64,000 nt of DNA from positions 1,702,560-1,766,559 of the forward strand of contig CAVVWJ010000002.1 in NCBI GenBank assembly GCA_963751925.1, in the 5' to 3' direction. Below the pieces are notes generated by a model. That model saw only the letters and a program-made list of their open reading frames with translations. It had not been told where the DNA came from and did no database searches. Positions 58,886 through 64,000 of the stretch are shown piece after piece. Source of the DNA: an uncultured Gemmatimonadales bacterium. Its GTDB lineage: Bacteria; Gemmatimonadota; Gemmatimonadetes; Gemmatimonadales; GWC2-71-9. Made by a program: the position numbers and the translations under genes. Every line of letters starts with the position of its first letter. Positions within the stretch are counted from its first letter, which is position 1.

Positions 58886-59305
58886 ATGCCTGCATCTCTG
58901 ACGCGAACGGTCGGCTTCCACGCACTGCATCGCTACTACCGGCCTGAGTGGAGTGACGCGAAAAACCGCGACGTGTTCGGCCCGGTGGCTGATCCGCCAG
59001 GCCATGGCCACGATTACCAGTGCTCCGTCACGGTCCGTGGCAGCTTGAACGACGATGGGATGATTGTCGATCTGGGACTACTCGACCGGATCATGCGAGA
59101 CGAGGTGTCGACCCCATTCGCCGGCAAGCATTTCAATCTCGACGTACCCGAGTTCGCCTTCGGGAAAACTCTCCCCACCTGCGAGGCGATTGCCGCCTAC
59201 GTCTTTCAACGGATAGCGCCCAGATTACCCCAGGGGGTTGAGCTGGAGCGGGTACGAATCAGGGAGGATCCTTCGTTGTATGCCGACTGTACCGGAATCG
59301 CCTGA
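58886..59305 (+). CDS. 6-pyruvoyl-tetrahydropterin / 6-carboxytetrahydropterin synthase family (QueD/PTPS)
   Basis: FHALHRY, GHGHDYQCSVTV, TCEAIAAYVF. Start ATG 58886, just after the upstream stop. Confidence 0.7.
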   Translation: MPASLTRTVGFHALHRYYRPEWSDAKNRDVFGPVADPPGHGHDYQCSVTVRGSLNDDGMIVDLGLLDRIMRDEVSTPFAGKHFNLDVPEFAFGKTLPTCEAIAAYVFQRIAPRLPQGVELERVRIREDPSLYADCTGIA

Positions 59306-59336
59306 GCAGGCTCCTCCCGCGAAGCGCGGCGGGAGG

Positions 59337-60101
59337 ATGTCCGAACTGGCTGCTGTCGAGGAGGTGCCGGTCTGGCTGCAGGTCAACGGTCGCCCGGCCG
59401 TCACCTGGATGTGCACCCCGGATCTGTTGGAGGAGCTCGCCGTCGGCTGGCTCCACGGCGAGGGGTACATCGATACGATCGACCAGGTCCGTTTACGCCC
59501 CTGTGCCACGGACCTGGGGTTCTGGGCCGACGTGCCTGAGGAGCGGGTCGCAGCGATCCAAGCGGAAGGGCGCCAGCCTGTGTTGGCCTCCGGGTGCGGT
59601 GCCGTCTCCACTTTCCTGGCGGACCCGCACACCGTTGAGCCGGAACCGGCGCGCGGCACGCCTCCGGGACTGGAGCAGCTCAGGGGATTCTTCAAGGCAC
59701 TGTTCGCGCGGGGAGAGCGCTACAAGGATACCGGTGGCATTCATGCGGCCGCACTGGTGGATGCCTCCATTCCGATGGATTCGTCCGGCGGCGATGGCGC
59801 CTTGTCGCCCCTCATTGCTCACGCCGAGGACATCGGGCGCCACAATGCGGTGGACAAGGTACTGGGCTCGGCGTTGCTCGCCCGGATCCCAGTGGCAGGG
59901 CTCGGGCTCTTAGTGACAGGGCGCATCTCGGCCGAGTTGGCATTCAAGGCAGCGCGAGCGGGTCTGGCGTATGTGGCGACGCCGTCGGTACCCTCGACCC
60001 TCGCGATCGAGATAGCCCGGCGCAGCGGGATGGTGCTGGTGGGCCGGGCTGTCAGCGGTCACCCGCAACATCATGGGGCGGTCCGTCCGAGTGCCGCCTG
60101 A
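59337..60101 (+). CDS. fdhD: Formate dehydrogenase accessory sulfurtransferase FdhD
   Basis: LASGCGAVS, GGIHAAAL, DIGRHNAVDKVLG, LLVTGRISAE. Start uncertain (59280 or 59337). Confidence 0.8.
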   Translation: MSELAAVEEVPVWLQVNGRPAVTWMCTPDLLEELAVGWLHGEGYIDTIDQVRLRPCATDLGFWADVPEERVAAIQAEGRQPVLASGCGAVSTFLADPHTVEPEPARGTPPGLEQLRGFFKALFARGERYKDTGGIHAAALVDASIPMDSSGGDGALSPLIAHAEDIGRHNAVDKVLGSALLARIPVAGLGLLVTGRISAELAFKAARAGLAYVATPSVPSTLAIEIARRSGMVLVGRAVSGHPQHHGAVRPSAA

Positions 60102-60507
60102 TCACGCGCGCCTCGCAGAGCTCGTGCGTAGTGCCCGCCGCATTGCGGTCGTCGGGCTGAGTCGAAAGCCGGAGCGTCCCAGTCACGGCGTTGCGGCGTA
60201 TTTGCAGCGCGCCGGCTATACCATCATTCCAGTACATCCGGCCGGCGGAGTCACACTCGGTGAAAAGGTCTATCCCGATCTTCGTTCCGCCGCGGCGGAG
60301 GCGGGGCCTATCGACATCGTCAACGTCTTCCGCCGGTCAGAGCATATTCCTGCGCTGCTCGAGGCACTCCTGGAGATTCGGCCCAGCCTCGTGTGGCTGC
60401 AGCAGGGCATCCGCCACGATGACACAGCGCGGGCTCTCGAGAAAGCTGGCATACCGGTCGTGATGGACCGGTGCCTTGCGGTGGACCATCAATTTCTGGG
60501 GGTCTGA
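60073..60507 (+). CDS. CoA-binding domain protein (YccU/YneT-like)
   Basis: RRIAVVGLSRKPERPSHGVAAYLQRAGYTIIPVHP, DIVNVFRR. Confidence 0.75.
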   Translation: MGRSVRVPPDHARLAELVRSARRIAVVGLSRKPERPSHGVAAYLQRAGYTIIPVHPAGGVTLGEKVYPDLRSAAAEAGPIDIVNVFRRSEHIPALLEALLEIRPSLVWLQQGIRHDDTARALEKAGIPVVMDRCLAVDHQFLGV

Positions 60508-61304
60508 TGCGCGTCCGGGAGCTGGTCTGGCTGGTATCCGTGGGGACGTGCGTCTTTCCCGTCATCGCTTCGGCCCAGCGTTCGGGCGACCAGGCTCGGC
60601 TGATCTTTACCGTCTCCCTCGGAGCTGTCGGCGGGAAGAATCTCTGGTTCGTGCCGGCCCAGCCGGTGCAGGTCAGCAACTTGGTGGACACTCTGGCGGT
60701 CGGTCGCCGCATCCGTTCGACGCTCACCGTCGGCTTCAGCGGCACCTACTTCCCCGGTGCGCTCCTGGGCCTGGCCATAGAGGGGTACCTGATCGGACTC
60801 GGCTACGAGGACTCCTGCCGCCAAGTCTTCTCGTCGGGCTCAACCCAGATTACCGAGGCCTGCGCCTCCATTCAGGGCGACAACAAGGCGGCTACCTCCG
60901 TCGTTCTCTCCGCCGGCCCGGTGCTCCGCATCAACAGCCGAAAGCTCTTCTCGCCATACGCCCGGATGAACCTCGGACTGCTGTTCAGCAACCAGAGCTC
61001 GCTCCGGACAGCCGGTCGATTCTCCAGTCCCGGCGGGCCAGTCGAGCTCCCGGTCTACAGTGACAACCATGAGTCGAGAGTGGAGCCGGCATTGGCGCTG
61101 GCCGGGGGCTTCACCGCAGCGGTCGCCCGGGGCTACCAGCTCCGCTGGGAAGTGCGCGATAACATCGTCGGCGTCCAGCGTGTCAGCGGGGCCACGGTGC
61201 AGGCCGGTCTCATTCCAGCTCACGACCTCGAGTACAAACATCTGGTGAGCCTGATGATCGGTTTTGATGTCGTGTTGGAGCGGAGGAGAGGGAAGCGCTA
61301 TTAA
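60507..61304 (+). CDS. Putative outer-membrane beta-barrel protein
   Basis: Signal MRVRELVWLVSVGTCVFPVIASAQ. Alternating-strand pattern. Confidence 0.45.
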   Translation: MRVRELVWLVSVGTCVFPVIASAQRSGDQARLIFTVSLGAVGGKNLWFVPAQPVQVSNLVDTLAVGRRIRSTLTVGFSGTYFPGALLGLAIEGYLIGLGYEDSCRQVFSSGSTQITEACASIQGDNKAATSVVLSAGPVLRINSRKLFSPYARMNLGLLFSNQSSLRTAGRFSSPGGPVELPVYSDNHESRVEPALALAGGFTAAVARGYQLRWEVRDNIVGVQRVSGATVQAGLIPAHDLEYKHLVSLMIGFDVVLERRRGKRY

Positions 61305-61941
61305 GGGAGCGATACTGGCGGGCGGGGAAGCCTCCCGGTTTGGCGGGCGTCCCAAGGGTCTCGAGGAAGTTGGCGGAGAACGGATACTGGACCGGCTGGC
61401 GCGGATTCTCCATTCAGCCCTGGGAGAGCCGCCGATTCTGGTGGCGAACGCACCCGGCGCCTCAGCCTGGCGGCCGGATCTTCTCACGGTACCAGACGTG
61501 CGACCCGGGCTCGGCTCACTGGGCGGGATCTACACCGCGGTGGTTCGAGCACCGGCTCCTGTCGTCTGCATCGCCTGGGACATGCCGTTCGTCTCCGAGT
61601 CGCTGGTCCAGGCGTTGGCCCGGGGACTCGACAAGTGGGACGCCATGCTGCCCCAAAGCGATGGCCGCCGGGGTGTGGAGCCGCTCTGCGCTGCCTATGG
61701 TCCCGCCTGCAGCGATGCCATCGCACAGAGTCTCGACTCCGGCGACCTGCGCGCCATTGGCTTCCACCGCCTGATCCGAGTTGGTATCCTCCCACTGGAT
61801 GAGGTCCGGATGCTGGCCGATCCTGACCTCCTGTTCTTCAACGTGAACACCGCGGACGATCTCGCGAAGGCAGGCGAGTTGTGGAGCCAACACGCATCAT
61901 CACGGTCATCGGCCGAAAGAACACCGGGAAAACCACGCTGA
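61264..61941 (+). CDS. mobA: Molybdenum cofactor guanylyltransferase MobA
   Basis: GAILAGGEASRFGGRPKGL, CIAWDMPF. Start uncertain. Confidence 0.8.
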   Translation: MMSCWSGGEGSAIKGAILAGGEASRFGGRPKGLEEVGGERILDRLARILHSALGEPPILVANAPGASAWRPDLLTVPDVRPGLGSLGGIYTAVVRAPAPVVCIAWDMPFVSESLVQALARGLDKWDAMLPQSDGRRGVEPLCAAYGPACSDAIAQSLDSGDLRAIGFHRLIRVGILPLDEVRMLADPDLLFFNVNTADDLAKAGELWSQHASSRSSAERTPGKPR

Positions 61942-62414
61942 CTGTCGCGCTCAGCAGCGAACTGGCACGGCGCGGCCACCGAGTGATGACGATCAAGCAT
62001 GGCCACCATCCGGCCGACGTGGACCGTGCCGGCACCGACAGCTGGCGCCACTTTCATGAGGGTCGTGCAGAACGGGTTCTCATCTCGTCGCCTGATCTCC
62101 GGGTGCTGTTCGAGCGGAGTCCGGACGAATACGATCCTGCGGGGCTGGCGCGGCAGTATCTGCAGGGCGCCGATATCGTACTGGCCGAGGGCTACAAGAA
62201 GGCAGACCTCCCCAAAGTAGAGGTGTACCGACGGGCGGTCGCCCCAGCACCGATCTACGATCCAACGGGTCCCAACGCGGATCAGTGGATCGCCATCATC
62301 ACCGATGATCCTGATTTCCAGGCGGAGTGTCCGGTTCTCCACTTTCATGACACCGTCTGGCTGCAACTGCTGGCAACTCTCGTCTGGAATGGCTCGCAGG
62401 TTCTCTCTCCGTGA
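61881..62414 (+). CDS. mobB: Molybdopterin-guanine dinucleotide biosynthesis adaptor MobB
   Basis: P-loop ITVIGRKNTGKTTL, KHGHH, VLAEGYK. Confidence 0.8.
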   Translation: MEPTRIITVIGRKNTGKTTLTVALSSELARRGHRVMTIKHGHHPADVDRAGTDSWRHFHEGRAERVLISSPDLRVLFERSPDEYDPAGLARQYLQGADIVLAEGYKKADLPKVEVYRRAVAPAPIYDPTGPNADQWIAIITDDPDFQAECPVLHFHDTVWLQLLATLVWNGSQVLSP

Positions 62415-63666
62415 CCGGCCCGCTCGGCGCGGCCGAAGCTGCCACCAGAATTCTCGCCGATGTCCGACGGCAGCCCTCGCTTCGAATCCCACTGGATGAC
62501 GCTCTGGAAAGTGTGCTCGCGGAAGACATCGTGAGCCCGCTGGATATTCCTGCGTGGACCAACTCCGCCATGGATGGCTACGCCGCTCGGGGAGAAGACG
62601 TCGCGGGGCGCCTCCGAAGCCGAGCCGGTGCGACTCCGGGTGGTCGAGCATCTCCCGGCCGGGCACTTTCCCACCAGGCCCATTGGCCCGGGCGAGACCG
62701 CTCGCATCTTCACCGGCGCGCCGCTGCCGGAAGGTGCCGACAGTGTCATCCGTCAGGAGGATACCGACCTGGGCTCCGATACGGTCACGATCGTGAAGGA
62801 TCGCGACGTCGGCGTGAACATGCGGAACGTGGGCGAAGACATTCGGAAGGGAAGCACCGTTTTGAAGGCGGGTACCGAGCTGGGGCCCGCACAGCTGGGC
62901 GTGCTCGCCTCACTCGCGGTGGCGCACCCACTGGTATACCGCAGGCCCCGCGTCGCCATTCTCGGCAGCGGCGATGAGATCGTGGACGTGGATCAGACGG
63001 AAGAGATTTTGAGCGGCCGGAAGATCGCGAGCAGCAACACGCACACACTGGTCGCGCTGGTTCGCCAGGCTGGGGGCATGCCGGTCAACCTTGGTATCGC
63101 CGCCGATACCCCGGAGAGTCTTCGCCAGCACCTGGACGCGTGCCTTGGACTGTGATCTCCTGGTGACCACCGCCGGGATCAGTGTAGGCGAGCACGATTT
63201 CGTACGCTCGGTGCTGGAAGAGTTGGGCGCTGAGTTGAAGTTCTGGAAGCTTCGAATGCGACCTGGGGCACCGGTCGGTTTCGGGATTCTCGGCGAAATG
63301 CCATGGATCGGGCTGCCGGGAAATCCGGTGAGCACCATGGTCACCTTCGAGCTCTTCGTTCGGCCTGCCATCCGGAGGATGATGGGACATACCCTGCCGT
63401 TCCGCCGGACAGTACCGGTGCGGGTGGCGGAACCGATCACTCTCAAGCCAAAGCTGCAGCACTTTTTGCGGGGGATCGTCACGCCTTCGCCGACTGGACC
63501 CGAGGCACGCCTCACCGGGCCTCAGGGCTCGGGAATTCTCACCTCGATGGTGCATGCCAACGCGCTACTGATTATTCCGGAGGGTCAGCATGAGACGCGG
63601 CTAGGCACTTCGGTCGAGGCGCTGATTCTGAACGATCCGGTCCATCGAGAAGGTCCAGGTTTTTGA
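62411..63666 (+). pseudogene. moeA: Molybdopterin molybdenumtransferase MoeA, reading frame broken twice (+1, +1)
   Basis: Three consecutive ORFs in frames 2, 0 and 1 together give a collinear MoeA. 62411-: ...NSAMDGYAARGEDVAG. 62574-: ASEAEPVRLRVVEHLPAG...TGAPLPEGADSV...ILGSGDE. 63091-: ALDCDLLVTTAGISVGEHDF...WKLRMRPGAP...GLPGNPVS. Shift sites are near the G4 run 62605-62608 and near 63135-63141. Confidence 0.8.
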
Positions 63667-63669
63667 GAA

Positions 63670-63764
63670 GAGTCGAGGGTCTAGAGTCGAGAGTCTAGAG
63701 TCACGAAATCGACCAAACACCCTTGACCCTCGACCCTCGACCCTGGACCCTAGACTCTCGACTC
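63670..63764. repeat. Heptad-built inverted repeat (GAGTCNA x5 / GACCCTN x6) between convergent genes
   Basis: gagtcga gggtcta gagtcga gagtcta gagtcac ... gaccctc gaccctc gaccctg gacccta gactctc gactcc. 15-bp perfect complement: 63684-63698 with 63750-63764. Confidence 0.8.
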
Positions 63765-63947
63765 CTACCTATCCTCGCTCACGTGCTTTCCGGTCTTACC
63801 GCGCCGGCGCACCGCTTTCTCTAATGACTCCGATTCTGAGTTTCCTTGCTTCCGTCCGCGGCCCGTAGCCCCGGGCTGTTTTGGCTGGCGGGTCCGCTCC
63901 TGGCGACCTTCCTTATGACTGCCCATACCGCTGTTGGCGTCCGGCAT
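63765..63947 (-). CDS. Small, highly basic hydrophilic protein (60 aa), unknown function
   Basis: ATG 63947 is preceded by GGAGGGAGG at Shine-Dalgarno distance. MPDANSGMGSHKEGRQERTRQPKQPGATGRGRKQGNSE...GKHVSEDR. Confidence 0.45.
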   Translation of the reverse strand: MPDANSGMGSHKEGRQERTRQPKQPGATGRGRKQGNSESESLEKAVRRRGKTGKHVSEDR

Positions 63948-64000
63948 GGTTTCCTCCCTCCACAAAAGAGAACTGGTCCTGATCGTTCTCGGAAATAATG

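Noticed and set aside
62475-62495. tRNA-like TTCGAATCC (T-loop-like) string.
   Set aside because: It lies inside the moeA N-terminal coding frame (..SLRIPLDD..). No acceptor or anticodon stems can be drawn around it.

Overview
GC-rich (by eye), densely packed chromosomal segment from a Gram-negative-type bacterium, judged from the outer-membrane beta-barrel, lipoprotein and twin-arginine signals. A Gemmatimonadota-like origin is only a guess. I call about 65 coding regions, almost all housekeeping. They include: clpX tail and engB; hisC-B-H-F; trpE; maf and dtd; glmS and glmM; purD; mutM; a UbiX/UbiA/UbiD/UbiE prenylquinone cluster; an Fe-S carrier pair; nrnA; guaB; gpmI; and a Moco cluster (fdhD, mobA, mobB, moeA). 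Start and stop codons overlap by 4 nt (ATGA/GTGA/TTGA) at many junctions, and I used this to refine starts. I recognised no rRNA, tRNA, CRISPR array, transposase, integrase or prophage.

Items worth a second look:
1. An operon fronted by a Fur-like box: porin, flavinylatable FMN-binding protein, His-rich 4-TM protein, ApbE. It is a candidate iron-responsive periplasmic flavin redox module.
2. A GspE/PilB-type secretion ATPase with a C-terminal receiver domain. No other secretion or pilus genes are nearby, and it is fused by overlapping codons to a his operon.
3. In that his operon, a NUDIX hydrolase sits where hisA normally is.
4. A set of intergenic elements built from tandem heptanucleotides arranged as inverted arms. 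Examples are 12 copies of GAGCTAG, GTSAACN/GTTTACN hairpins at two loci, and GAGTCNA/GACCCTN arms.
5. Three apparent +1 frameshifts: two in moeA and one in an Omp85-like gene. These may be assembly errors.
6. Several unusual signalling architectures: FHA-GAF-cyclase, REC-HD-GYP upstream of glmM-glmS, and an ECF sigma/anti-sigma/bactofilin-like/toast-rack cluster.

All family assignments come from motif recognition by eye. No database search was run.
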